From the human T2T-CHM13v2.0 reference genome, Homo sapiens, in NCBI RefSeq assembly GCF_009914755.1, contig NC_060928.1: DNA of 64,000 nucleotides; one strand, 5' to 3'. Within the stretch, counting starts at the first letter, position 1. Each line of letters starts with the position of its first letter. Below are positions 41,885 to 55,719 of this stretch, piece by piece. The notes under the pieces were generated by a model that searched no databases, had not been told where the DNA came from, and worked only from the letters and a program-made list of their open reading frames with translations. A program made the position numbers and the translations under genes.

Positions 41885-42897
41885 CTTCAGTGTGCTTTTG
41901 TACTGACTGACAGTGGTTTTTCCTTTCCATAGTTAGTGCTTCCTTCAGGAGCTCTTGCAAGACAAGTCTGGTGGTAGCAAATTCCCTCAGCATTTCTTGT
42001 CTGGAAAAGATCCTATTTCTTTATTTATGAAGCTTAGTTTGGCCAGATATGAAATTCTGGGTTGGATTTTCTTCTCTTTAAGAAGGTTGAATATTGGCCC
42101 CCAATCTCTTCTGGCTTATAAGGTTTTAGCTGAGAGGTCCACTGTTAGTTTTATGAGCTTCCCTTTGTAGATGACCTGACCTTTCTCTCAAGCTGTCTTT
42201 AACATTTTTGCTTTCATGTCAACCTTGGAGAATATGATGATTATATGACTTGGGGATGATCTTCTTGTGAAGTGTCTTACTAGGGTTCTCTGCATTTCCT
42301 GAATTTGAATGTTGGCCTCTCTAGCTAGGTTGGGGAAGCTCTCATGGATAATATCCTGCAATATGTATTCAAAGTTATTTCCATTCTCCTCATCTCTTTC
42401 AGGGACACTAATCTGTCATAGATTCAGTCTCTTTACATAATCTCATAGTTCTTGGAGGTTTTGTTTATTTCTTTTCATCTTTTTTTCTATAAACTTGTCC
42501 ACCTATTTTATTTCAGAAACCCAGTTTTCAAGCTCTGAGATTCTTTACTCCATTTGATCTATTCTGCTGTTAATACTGGTGATTGGATTATACAATTAAT
42601 GTACTGTGTTTTTCAGCTGTATCAGATTGGTTAGGTTTTTCTTTATACTGGCTATTTTGTCTGTCAGCTCCCACATTGTTTCACCATGATTTTTAGCTTC
42701 CTTGTATTGGATTTCCATGTACTCCTGTAGCTCAATTATCTTCATTTCTATACATATTTTGAATTATATTTATGACATTTCAGTCATCTCAGCTTCAGCC
42801 TGGTTCTGAACCCTTGCTGCAGAGGTGATGCGATCATCTGGAGGAAAGGAGGTACTCTGGCTTTTTGAGTTTTCAACATTCTTGCATTGATTCTCAT
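41885..42897 (-). pseudogene. Disrupted L1 ORF1
   Basis: Minus-strand ATGAGAATCAATGCAAGAATG start; characteristic ORF1 sequence (ccaacattcaaattcagg, gggccaatattcaac) upstream of ORF2. Confidence 0.85.
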
Positions 42898-44349
42898 CTT
42901 TGTGGGTTTATCCAACCTTAGTGTTTGAGGTTGTTGACCTTTGAATGTTTTTTTTTTCTTTTATCCTATTTGATTGCCTTGAGGGTTTGACTGCAGTATA
43001 TGGTGAATTCAGCCAGCTAGCTTTGTTTCTATATTTTACCGGGCAAATTCTCAGTTTCCAAGTCCTGAACTGTGTGCTTTAACTCTAGAGGACTTGTATG
43101 GACTCTGACTTTGTTCTCTGAAACTTCGAGGTTTGGAGTCCACTGTGCTGGGGGGCCAAGCTGTGGCAGTTGTAGCAGTTGTTGCATCTAGTGGATGCAA
43201 GAGTGCCTGCCTCCCTGTAGGCCTTAACCACAGTAGTGGAGGCAACAGAACTGAGGTAATCAGGGTGGCCCCTGCTGGACACTGTGTGTGCAGTTGTACT
43301 GGAAGTGGTGTTGACTTGGGGTGGGGTGCTGGCCTGCACAGGTCTTGCTGCCTTCTCTGTGCCCTGCAAGAAGGACTGCTTACTCAGGGTGGAGGAAGAT
43401 CTGCCTTTCTCTATGCAGTGTTAGTACAAGGGTGGGGTGCTGGCAGGGGCAGGGCTTGCTGGCTGTGTTCCCACCAAGACTCCATCTGCAATGACAGTCA
43501 GTGGGAAGAAGGGGACAGGCTGCACTCTCGCATGTTGACACGGCAAGTAAAGCAAAACCTGCCCATGCAGACACACACTAACAAAGTGATGTGGGGAGTT
43601 GCCGTGGGCTAGGTGCAAACTGCAGTATGGGGAGTGAGAATGTGGGCTGGTGCATGAAGGTAGTAACTACCTCACTGGAGCTCTCCACCAGTCAGGCATG
43701 GCCCACCAGCCCAGAATCTATGATGTGGGCCCCCAGGGCACCCAAGACTGCCCTGTAAGCAGGAGTGGCCAGGCTGAGGCCCTGGGAAAGACCAGCAGAG
43801 CAAGGGATGCTCAGATCAGACTAGCCCCATCTGATGTGCAAGGTCGCCCTGCAGAGATTAGGTCAGGCATTTCCCCTAGAGCTAAAGTCTCTTGTGGGAG
43901 CAAGTCAAGCCTAGGGGGGATGATTTCCCTGGCCATGCTCCATTATATAAACTCCTGTACCGAACACTCTGGGATCCACATCAGTTGGCTTGCTGCCCCA
44001 CCACTTCTCTGAGCAGCTCTCTCTGCCACTTCAAGTGTCCATGGTGGTCAAGAGGTCCCCTCCTGCTGGGGTTCCAGAGGCCTGTAGTGAAAGCAGGTTG
44101 CTCCTTGCCACTTCAACTCACCCATCCCCCCAGAACTGTTGGAGTTCAAAAATGAATCTTCATGCACAGTAGCCCATGCGAGGTTTCCAGCTTTCTCCTC
44201 CTTCAGCCCAGTTTCTGTATCTGCCTTCCACCCACTCTCGGTGCCTTCCCTCTGAAGATCTTATGAAAGCACGCCTGTCATCTCAGTCCCTCCATGGGAG
44301 CTGTTCCACTGGTCTGCATCTCGATGGCCATCTTGTCCTCTCCTTCCAA

Positions 44350-45280
44350 TTACAGTCTTTATAGAGAGTGTTGAAATATTAAGTATATGTGGCCCAACTT
44401 TGTATTTTTAGATATTCTCTTGTATATTATAGAGCCATAAAAATTTTAGAATTAGCTGTTTAGTGACTACAAAAATACTAGTGGGATTATTTTGAATTTC
44501 TAAGTTGAGTTGGGGAGAATTGAAATCTTAACAATGTTGAGTCTTTCCATTGAACGACATGATGTATCTTCCCATTTTATTCCCTTCATTCTTTCTTATT
44601 TCTCTCCACAGTGCTTTATAAGTTTACCATTGTTAAGTATTCCATTACCATGATCCTGAGTATTTCCTGTTTGTTTATTTGTTCTCTTACATGTTATTTT
44701 TTTAAAAAAATATTTTCCAGTTTTTGTTGCTTGTATATAGAAATAATATAGACTACTGGCTATGAACCCTGCAAAGCTGAAAAATTTGTTAATGGATATC
44801 AAACCCTACAAAGCTGCTAAATTCAATTATTAGTTGTAGTAGCTATTCTGGATCCCTTAGGATTTTCTATGTATGTAAACATGTCCTCTATTAATATGAA
44901 GAGTTTTGATTTCCTGTTCTAATGAACAAGTTTTTACTTTCTTATTCCCATTTACCCATGTCCCCAACCCAGCAACTGCTGTTTCCACTATGAGTTAAAT
45001 AGAGATGATAAAAGTGGTCATCTTTGTGATTTTCTATGCTGAACATTATACAATTCAATATCTAAATACTAAGTACTCTATTAACTGTAGGCTTTTTTTT
45101 TTGTGGAAAACGGCTTAAAGAGATTAAAAGTATTACCTACAATTAATGGTGTGTAAAAAAATTTTATCATTTAAGGGCTTTGATTTATTTAAATGCTTTC
45201 TGCATCCATTAAGATAATGACATGATTTTCTTGTTGATAGTTAATATAATGAATTATGTTGATTTATTTATATTTAAATG
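44350..45280 (-). mobile_element. Continuation of the old host L1M (further pieces at about 47600-48200 and 49000-49900)
   Basis: ttggggagaattgaaatcttaacaatgttgagtctttcc...aaatgctttctgcatccattaagataat. Confidence 0.75.
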
Positions 45281-45289
45281 AACTTTATT

Positions 45290-45600
45290 CATTTATTTAT
45301 TTATTTATTTATTTTAGAGATAGATTCTTCCTCTGTCGCCCTGGCTGGAGTGTAGTGGTACTATCATAGTTCACTGTAAACTCAAATTCCTATGTTTAAG
45401 CAATCCTCCTGCCTCAACCTTCTGAGTAGCTGGGACCACAGGCATGCACCATCGTACCTAGCTAATTTTTCTAGTTTTTTGTAGAGATGGGGGTCTGACT
45501 ATGTTGCCTAGGCAGGTCTTAAACTCCTGGGCTCATGTAATCCTCTTCCTTTGTCTTCCCAAAATGCGGAGATTACAGGAGTGAATCGTTGTGCCCAGCC
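45290..45600 (-). mobile_element. AluJ SINE
   Basis: (TTTA)n tail, ggtactatcatagttcactgt...aagcaatcctcctgcctc...gactatgttgcctagg...ctcctgggctca; TSD (a/g)actttatt. Confidence 0.93.
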
Positions 45601-46034
45601 GACTTTATTTATTAGACAGTATTACAGTAAACAAAAAAAATTGAGCAGAAGGTGCAGTGATTTTTGACATACCCTTCTCTCCCTAGACACGTGCAGTCCT
45701 GCCCACTATCAACATCCCACATTGGACATTTATTACAATTGATAAACCTACATTAATATATCATTGTTATGTGAAGTCCATAATTCCCAGTAGAGTTCAT
45801 TCTTGAAGGCGTACATTTTATGGGGTTTGACAAGTGTATAATGACATGTGTTCACCATTCTGTATGATACATTACAGTATCATACAGAATAGTTTCACTG
45901 CTCTATAATTATCTGTGCTCTATTTATTTCTCTCTCTCCACTAACCCCTGAATTTTTTTTCTATCTCCATGGTTTTCCTTTTTCCAGAATGTCATACAGT
46001 TGAAATCTAATAGTATGTAGCCTTTTCAGATTAA

Positions 46035-46374
<340 letters not shown>

Positions 46375-47057
46375 CCCTCCACATCTTTTCATGGTTTAAT
46401 AGCTCATTTCCTTTAACTGTGGAATAATATTTCATTGTCTGGATGTATCACATTTTATTTATACGTTCATTTTCTGAAGAATATCTTGGTTATGTTTGGG
46501 TATTTATGATTAAAGCTGCTATACATATTCACATGCAGGTTTTTATGTGAAAATAAGTTTTCAACTCATTTGTTGAAATACTAAGAAACATGATTGCTGG
46601 ATTATATAGTAAGAGGATGTTTAACTTTGCAAGAAATTGGCAAACTGCCTTTCAAAATAGCTTAACATTTTGCATTATTTTCAGCCATGAATGAGAGTTC
46701 CTGTTGCTCTACCTTCTCAGCAGCATTTGGTGTTTTCTGTACTTTGGATTCTGGCCTTTCCAATAGGTGCATAGTGGTACCTCATTGTTATTTTAATTTG
46801 CACTCCCCTAAAGACATATTTTTATGTGCCTATTTTCTATCTGTATATCTTCTTTGGTAAGGTGTCTGTGAAGAACTTTTTTCCCTTTGATTAATCAAGC
46901 TGTTCATTTTCTTACTGATGAGTTTTAAGTACTCTTTGTATATTTTGGGTAACAGTCCTTTATTAGATGCCTTTGGTAAACACATTTTTCCCCTTCTGTG
47001 GCTTTAATTTTTATTCCCTTGACAGTATCTTTTGCAGAGCAAAAGTTTTTAATTTTA

Positions 47058-47371
<314 letters not shown>

Positions 47372-48660
47372 AAAAGATTTTAATTTTGATGAAGTTCAGC
47401 ATATCAATTTTTGCTTTAATGAATTGTGCCGTTGATGTTGTAACTAAAAAGTCACTGTCATAACCAAAGTCACCTACATTTACTCCTATGTTGTGTGCTA
47501 TGAGTTTTACTGTTTTCAATTTAACATTTAGGTTTATGGTGACTTTTGAGTTAATTTTTGTGAAGTGTTTAAAGTCTATGTCTAGAATTGTTTTGATTTA
47601 TTTTTAAACTTTAAACAACTTTAAACTCTTGAGATAACCCCCCTTTGATCAGAATGCATGTTTGTCTTATATGCTTCTTGACTCAATACATTCAGATGTT
47701 TTTATAAATATGTTTTATGTCTATGCTCATGCATAAAATATTGGTTTTAGCCTTTTAAAAATTTTAATGCATTTTCTTGGTTAAAGGTGATCTTATAAAA
47801 TGCTAAGAGACTTATTCATAGAAATGCTATTTTTTATCAATGTTTCTTAGAATTCACCAGTAAAGTTATCTAACTTTTATATAATGCAAAGAAGTTTTCT
47901 TTGTGTGAATAATTTTGTTTGTCTTATCACATATTTTCTGTTTTTAAAAGATACAGGGTTATCAAATGTTTCACTCCTTTATTAGACAGTTTTGTTAGTC
48001 TTTACTTTGAAAAGAATTTTTCCATTTTGTCTAACTATCAAATTTATTGGTGTGAAATTTTTGTACATATTTAATTTTTCTTTGGTCTATGTAGAAACTA
48101 TATTGTTGTCATACTTTTCATTTCTTAATTGAGAATGTGTGTCTTTTATATTTAGTTTCTTTCAATTTTATTGATGTTTCTTCAACTTTGTATTTCTGAG
48201 ATTTGAAATAACAACACATTTCTAAGATATATTAATTTTAACTCTGCTAATTCTCCTTGACTGGTAGTTTCTGCATATTTCCTGGTAACTATATTTTCTA
48301 TAGGTATAAATAATAACATCTTTCTTTGTCACAGCCTATCTCATTAAATAATAGCTAAAGAAGGCTTTAACTGCCTCATTCTTTTCCTGGTTGAATAAAA
48401 ATTTAAATTAAAAAAAGCATCATTTTCCTTCCAACATTAAACCACTGCTGCTCAGAACAAAGACCCCCATTACCTTGCAAACTTGATGTCTGTATCTGCT
48501 TTTCTATCAATTGCATCTATCTTATAATTTCCCCAATCCCTAAAGTGTTAATGTTTAAATAATTTCTGGGTTTTTTTTCTTAATTTAAATCTTTTTTTCA
48601 TTTTTGTCTACACGGCTGCATAATTTCACGTAATTGCTATCATAAGATGTTGCACTCTCA

Positions 48661-48956
48661 TTTTTTTTTTTTTGAGACGGAGTCTTGCTCTGTCACCCAG
48701 GCTGGAGTGCAGTGGTGTGATCACTGCTCACTTCAACCACCACCTTCTAGGTTCAAGTGATTCTCCTGCCTCAGCCTCCTGAGTAGCTGGGATTACAGGC
48801 ACCTGCCAGCAAGCCCAGGTAATGTTTATATTTTTGGTAGAGGTGGGGGTTTCACCATGTTGGTCAGGTTGGTCTCAAACTCCTGGCCTAACATGATCTG
48901 CCTACCTCGGCCTCCCAAAGTTCTGGGATTGCAGTTGTGAGCCACAGTACCCGGCC
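48661..48956 (-). mobile_element. Alu SINE, older AluS-like
   Basis: PolyT, gagacggagtcttgctctgtc...cacagtacccggcc; diverged TSD aagatgttgcactctca / aaaatgttgtagtctta. Confidence 0.95.
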
Positions 48957-51864
48957 AAAATGTTGTAGTCTTAAAATGATTGTATGTTAAATCTGGATAT
49001 TTATTAATTTCTTGATCTATTTTATAAAATAGTGGGTAGTTTATTTGGTTTTTCCTGTTATGTATCTGGTATGATTTTCATTGATTTCTGCTCTTGCCTT
49101 TATCATCGTCTTTCTTCTTTTATTTGGATTTAATAAGCTCTTTGTTTTTGTTTTCCCTAGCTGTTTAAGATAGAATAGTTGCTTTCAACTTTGATTTCAA
49201 CTTTTCATTCGTATGCATTTAAACTACACATTTTTCTCTAAGCACTGCTGGGGTTATATCTTCCATGTTTTGTTATGCTGGGTTCTCATTTTCATGCCAT
49301 TTAGAATGTTTTTTTTTATTGTGAATTTTTTTCTTTGCACTTATATATTATTGATAGTGGTTTGTTAAGATTCAGTTCTGGGGACTTTACATATATATTT
49401 CTGTCATCCCTTTCTAATTTAATTACATCTTTGTCAGATAAGTTAGAATGATTTATGTCATTTAAAATTAATTTAGATTTATTTATGGCCTAGCATATGA
49501 CATATTTTGATCAAAATTCCATACGCATTTCAAATATAAACACTGGTTTTGGATATAGTATTTCTAAATATTAATTATTTCAACCTTGTTGCTAATATTG
49601 TGTAAGACTTCTGTGTCCTCATTGTTTTTTTACTTGTTCTCTCAGTAACTGAGGGAAGTGTTGAAATCTCCAACGATACTATGAAATTTACTTAATTTTT
49701 TTTTTCAGATTTTCTTTCATGTAACTTGAACTTCTTTATCAGGATATTTAAGAATTTATGATTCCTAAGTTAATTAACCACTTTGTAATTTTCAAATGTC
49801 TCTCCTTATTCAAGTGAAATCTTGTAGCCCCTCAAGCAGTCATAATGCCTTCCATTTATTGGTTTTATCTTACTTTATTTTTTCCTTTTAACTCATCTAA
49901 TTTAAGTTGAATGTAGTCAGTTATATTTCAGCAAAATTTGAGTCTTCACAAACAAGTATGATTAAAGGATAAGTGTTAACAGGAATTGAGGTTATTTCAG
50001 GGAAATGACTACAATGCCGGAAACTTGAACCCTTGAAATAATTCAAGTTAGAATGTTAAACATAAGCAGTAAGCAGCAGAATCAATGAGCAGTTTGTTTT
50101 GCTACAGTTGTAAATATTTAGGACTAAGAGATTAAAATAGGTAAACCTTAAAATCAGGATGTGGTCCTCACCTTGGGGTGCTTGCCATCACAGTTTTGAA
50201 AATCATGTAATTATTAGCTATGTCAAGAACTAGGATAGGACCTTGAGAAGAACTGATATCTAGCCAGTACCAGTAATGAGGCTTATCAAGTAATATCCAG
50301 TCTGATTGTTCTTTGCTACCAATATAGCTTTAAAGAGTGAATATACCAAAATATTATTGAAAGTGAAACAATCTCAATGTTGTGTGAATTAACTATGTGG
50401 ACATGGACACTATAATATTCATGACATGGATTTAGAGGAAAAAAAATCAGTGATCTAGATACTAAAATATTTAATGAATCAGGAGACATGATGAGTGTTT
50501 AGTACATAATTAAAGTAGGATATAGTTGGTTATATAAAGTGATGGTTTGTATTTCAAAGGAGCCATATATTTACAGGGGATGAAGAACAATGTTCTACAA
50601 GTGCCAACTAGTTAAATATTAAATATTAAAATGCCTATTTTATTTTGGAACTAGAGAAAGCATGTAATAATCACAGAAATAACGAAACTAACATTTAATT
50701 GAGCTCTATAGGACATATCATTATTAGAAAATTAGGTTCAAGTGATTTCATGAAAGCAATAGAAGCATTCAAAAAAAGGTAGATAGAATAGGGAACTATG
50801 TGGATGACAGATTCTAAACTCTATGGCAAGAATAAGCAATGATATCAAATTAGATGTATAGACATTAAAGGAAAATGATATGGGTGATAAAGAAGGGTAT
50901 AAACATTTTGTTTACATGTAAACAAATTAACTATATAATATGGTTTTTCATGATGTCTTCTTGTAAAACATTGTCCATCAGTTACTATAAAATCTTTAGG
51001 ATTAGTCACAGGTAGAGATGAGTATAGGAGTACTATGGCAGCATCCAAGACCACACAGAGTTCTGCATAAAATCTTAGTACAAAAGAAGGAGTGCTAAAG
51101 AGGTTCTGTTTAAATACAACAGTATTTGAAGATCAACTTATAAAATAATTAACTCATCTTATTGCAAAACATTGCTTTGTAATATTTGCCATGATGCCAA
51201 TTGTGTGTTATCACAAATGCAGATAGAATGTTTTGAATGTTAGCCATTAAGAAAGAATAATTGGAAGAAAAAAGAAAAGCACAAATATTATTAAATAAAC
51301 TGAAGTTTGGATTTTAGAGGAAAATGAAGCTTTTCATCAGGATATTTATTAGAATTATACTCTATTATCACTTTTGAAAACATACACATTTTTAAAGATT
51401 TGTTATAGTTAATCTTTTAAATATCCTCTTTATACTATGAATTAAATATATTAACCTATATTTACTTTTCTCTTTTCACGTACTGTTTTATGACATTATT
51501 TAGGAACTGAACATATGTGTGTATGTATGTCTGCGTGCATGTGTGTATATATTTATAAACATATATGTGTATTTGTATATATATACTTTGCATCTAATTT
51601 TATGAACCATTTTTTCTTACATAATGTCTTATGAGATGTGTGTACTCAAGATAATTTACACAGTTACTTTGTATTTTATTGTTTCCAATTTACATTGACT
51701 TTTTCATATATTTAATGTGTTTAAAAAGAAAATAAAATTGATTGATGAGCAGATAGACAGAAAATCTTAACCATGTAGTTATCAAACCTAACCTGCAAAG
51801 AAATAAAAAGAAATAATTATTGTATAAAGCAACAGTATTGCAAAGCATAACTCAATACATTTGA

Positions 51865-52030
51865 AATTTATTATTTATTCCAAAGATATTTTATTAATTG
51901 GTAGTATAGGCCAGATACTGTTATAAGCTAGGGGATATATCCTGCTCTCATAACACTTATATTCTAGAACAGGAAGAATCATTCATTAAACAAACAAGCA
52001 AACATACATGCAATATATCAATATATAATA
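51865..52030 (-). mobile_element. L2 3' remnant
   Basis: atttattccaaagatattttatt...ggccagatactgttataagctaggggata...cctgctctcat...tatattctag. Confidence 0.55.
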
Positions 52031-52654
52031 TTTAAATTATCAATGTGTTTTCTATCTAAAAATCATTTTTTATTATTGAGAAATCTAAATGTTATGCAGA
52101 CTATATACACATGTGTATACACACACATATGTATATATAAATGCATATTTAAAGCATTTCTATGATGTATTTCTATATATGATTTTACTGGTCCATATGT
52201 TGTATGATCTATACATAATTTTATTTAAATGAAACATTGTTACAGACAAAAATGAACAAATAGAAAAAATTAAATTTCTATTAGGTGTCATGAATGCCAT
52301 TTGAATATTTTTCTTTAATACTTCTGCCCATCGTGAGATTCAGCACTTAGTTTTGAGCTGCTTTTTAAGAACTCAATAATTGATGTTGATAACAGTTTCA
52401 GTGTATTTGGAAGCCAATATTTTGGAGAGGGTTTCAGACACAATAGGAAGAGTGAAAATGGCATGAGTGAAAAGAAAATGTGCTTTAGTTGTGTTTCGCT
52501 TAAAATTATTCAAAACCGAGACAGTGATGGCAAAGTGATGTGGAGACAATCATTAGCCTTATTAACTTGTTAGAAATTTTACAGTGCATAAATGTAGGGA
52601 AGGTACATGAAAGAGAAAAATGATGACTCAAAGAGTTAGGGAATTGTAGGAGTT

Positions 52655-53496
52655 ATTTTATTTATCTATTTGTTATTATTTTTAATTAACAAATAATAAT
52701 TTTATACATTTATGGGGTACAATGTGATGTTTTATATATGTATACACTGTAGAAAGATTAAATCAAGATAATTAATATATTTGGCACCTAGCCATTTAAA
52801 ACGGCCTCCTTTAGCAATTTTGTAATATACAATGCATTATTATTAAATCTGGTAACCATGCTGTGCAATAGATCACTAAAACTTATTCTTTCTGTCTAAC
52901 TAAAACTTTGTAGCCTTTGGCCAACAACTCCTCATTCTACACGCCTAGCCCCACAGCCTCTAGTAACCACCATTTTACTCTCTCCTGTGAGTTAAACTTT
53001 TTTAGATTCCTCATATAAATGAGATAGTGTAATATTTGTCTTTTTGTGCCTAGCTTATTTCACTTAGCAAAATGCCTTCCAGGTTCATCCATGTTGTCAC
53101 AAATGACTGAATTTTCATCCTTTTAAAGGCTGTTATATATATATATATATACATATATATGTATATATATATATCAGATATATATTTTTTATATATATAT
53201 CCACCAGATATATATATTACATATGTGTATATATATATCCACCAATAGAGTTCCAGTGTTCCTTTTTCTCCACATCCTCATTTATACTTGTCTGTCTTAT
53301 TTGATAATTGTCATTCTAACAGATATGACATGATATATCGTTGGGGTTTTAATAGGCATTTCCCTAATGATTAAAGATGTTGATTTTTTTCATATATCTG
53401 TTCTTCTCCATTTGTATTCCTTCTTTTGAGAAACGTCTGTTTAGATTTTTGCCCATTTTTTAACCAGGTTATTGGTTTCCTTGCCATATAGATTAT

Positions 53497-53527
<31 letters not shown>

Positions 53528-55442
53528 TACATGTACATATACACACACATACATATACATATCTAATATTTTATTTATCCATTCATTCGTTGATGGACAC
53601 TTAGCTTGCTTCCACATCTTAGTTATTATAAATAATGCTGAAATAATGCAAATGCTGATATCTTTTGGATATATATCCAGAAGTGGATATATATGCTTGA
53701 TTATATGGTAGTTCTATTTTTAGTTTTTTGACAAGCCTCCATACCATTTTCCAAAATGTCTGTATTAATTTATATTTCCACCAACAGAGTTCCAGTGTTC
53801 CTTTTTCTCCACATCCTAATTTATAATTGTCTGTCTTATTTGATAATTGCCATTCTAACAGATATGACATGATATGTCATCGGGGTTTTAATAGGCATTT
53901 CCGTAATGATTAAAGATGTTGATATTTTTCATATGTCTGTTCTCCATTTGTATTCCTTCTTTTGAGAAATGTCTGTTTAGATTATTTGCCCATTTTTTAA
54001 CCAGGTTATTGGTTTCCTTGCCGTTGAGTTGTTTGTGTTCCTTCTATATTTTGGACACTAGCCTCTTATCAGATATATGGTATAGAAATATTTTCTCCCG
54101 ATCTATGAGTGCTTTTCTCACACTGTTAAACGTTTCCTTACATGGCAGAAGTTAGTTTGATGCAATCCAGTTTGTTTATTTTTGTTTTCTTACCTGTGCT
54201 TTTGGGGTCCTATCCAAGAAATCACTGCTCAGACCAATGTTGTGGAGTTTTCCTATGCTTTCTTCTTGCAGTTTTACAGTTTGAGGTCTTAAGTTTATCT
54301 CTGATCGATTTTGAATTGATTTTTGTACATGGTGTAAGTTAGGATCTAAATGGTGTAAGTTTGATACATGGTGTAAATTTGGATCCTTTCAATTTTTTGT
54401 AATGGATCCAAATTTTGGATCCATTACAATAAATTACAGTTTTGTAATTTTTACTCACTGCATGTTCCTCATTGCATGTTCTTGGTACTTTTGTAGAAAA
54501 TCAATTTATTGTAAATGCATGGGTTAATTCATGGCTTTCTAGTCTGTTTCCTTGGTTGTGATGTCTGCTTTTATGCCAGTGCCATTTTATTTTGACTACA
54601 ACAGCTTTGTAATAATATATTTTTACATTAGGGAGAATGATGCCTTCAATTTTGTTCTTTCTGGTCAAGATGGCTTTGACTATTCAGAAGTTTTTGTGAT
54701 TTTATACATGTTTTGAATTGATTCATTCTATTACTGTGGAAAATAATATTGGAATTTTTATAGAAATTGCATTGCATCAGTAGACTGCTTTGAACAATAT
54801 AGACATTTTAACAATATTAATTCTTCCAATCCATGAACACAGGATATATTTGTGTTTATTTGTGACTTATTTAATTTCTTTCATCATTGTTTTATAGTTT
54901 CAGTATGTAAATCTTTCACCTCCTTGGTTGAATTTACTCCTAACTACTTTATTTTATTCTTATATGCTATTGTAAATATTTTTTCAAATTGTTTATTGTT
55001 AATGTATCTCTCCTGATTTTAATATATTGATTTTGTATCCTGCAACTTTACCAAATTCATTTGTCAGTTCTAATAATTTATTTTTGATGGAATTTCTTAG
55101 GGTTTTCTTTGTATAAGATCATATCATCAAACAATTTCACTTCTTCCTTTCCTTTTTGGATACTTTTTGTTTTCTTTTTCTTGCCTCATTTCTTTGTTTG
55201 GAACATCTGGTACTACATTTAATGGAAGTGGCAAGATTGGGCACAATTGTCTTGTTATTTATCTTAGGGGAAAAGCTTTCAACTTTTCACTACTGAGTAT
55301 GAAGTCAACTTTGAGCTTGTTATATAGATGATCTTTATTGCGTCAAAGTGAAATTTCTATACCTAATTTGCTTGAGGGTTGTATCATGAGAGAATGATGA
55401 ATTTTTATCAAATGCTTCTTTCTGCATCTGTTCAGATGATCA
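52655..55442 (-). mobile_element. L1MA-type (about L1MA5-7) 2.8-kb 3' portion with internal rearrangements
   Basis: caaataataatttatacatttatggggtacaatgtgatg...gattaaatcaag...; ORF2 antisense sequence to aaatgcttctttctgcatctgttcagatgatc. Confidence 0.9.
53133..53237. repeat. Interrupted (TA)n tract; (CA)n/(TACA)n tract at 53497-53560
   Basis: Direct reading. Confidence 0.9.
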
Positions 55443-55719
55443 AAAATAATTTGTTAACTATTACAGAGGTATCAGGTACACAAGTGGAAAATTTGGAATA
55501 AGAATATTTAATAATAACCTTTAGCATGCTAAATTTAATAATCACTCCTCAATCTTTAACCAAAATGGTAATCAAACCGCAATCAATGGCTTTTTGTTAG
55601 CATATGTGATGATTCCTTCTTTGATAAATATTATTTGTTTGGATTTTAGGATTTTAATATATTTTTCTTTCTTTTTCAATAACTATATTATCCTCCTTAA
55701 TCGCTTTAGCTAAATGTTC

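Larger units (their letters stand above)
37851..44347 (-). mobile_element. Near-full-length (~6.5 kb) decayed LINE-1, L1PA13-like
   Basis: 3'UTR ggggttgttgtacagattatttcatcactcagg; ORF2 and ORF1 remnants; GC-rich ~1.45-kb 5'UTR starting (minus) GGAAGGAGAGGACAAGATGGCC (YY1-site core); diverged TSD attaca(c/g)t(t/c)tt at about 37840 and 44349. Confidence 0.95.

Noticed and set aside
43133-44364. Cluster of the longest ORFs (159 aa, 120 aa) on the plus strand
   Set aside because: They lie antisense in the GC-rich L1 5'UTR where stops are rarer; they have non-ATG starts and no recognisable domain; L1 ORF0 is described for younger L1PA families.
49930-51100. Unassigned stretch that might be an ancient CR1/L3 or other fossil element
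   Set aside because: Similarity too faint to support by eye; needs an nhmmer/Dfam search.
52100-52190. Palindromes in TA/CA-rich tracts (also 34596-34690, 51510-51590, 63516-63541)
   Set aside because: Self-complementarity is trivial in alternating purine-pyrimidine low-complexity DNA.
54325-54430. Short spaced repeats as a CRISPR-like array
   Set aside because: Eukaryotic L1 context, only three irregular 9-12 bp units, no constant spacer length and no cas genes.
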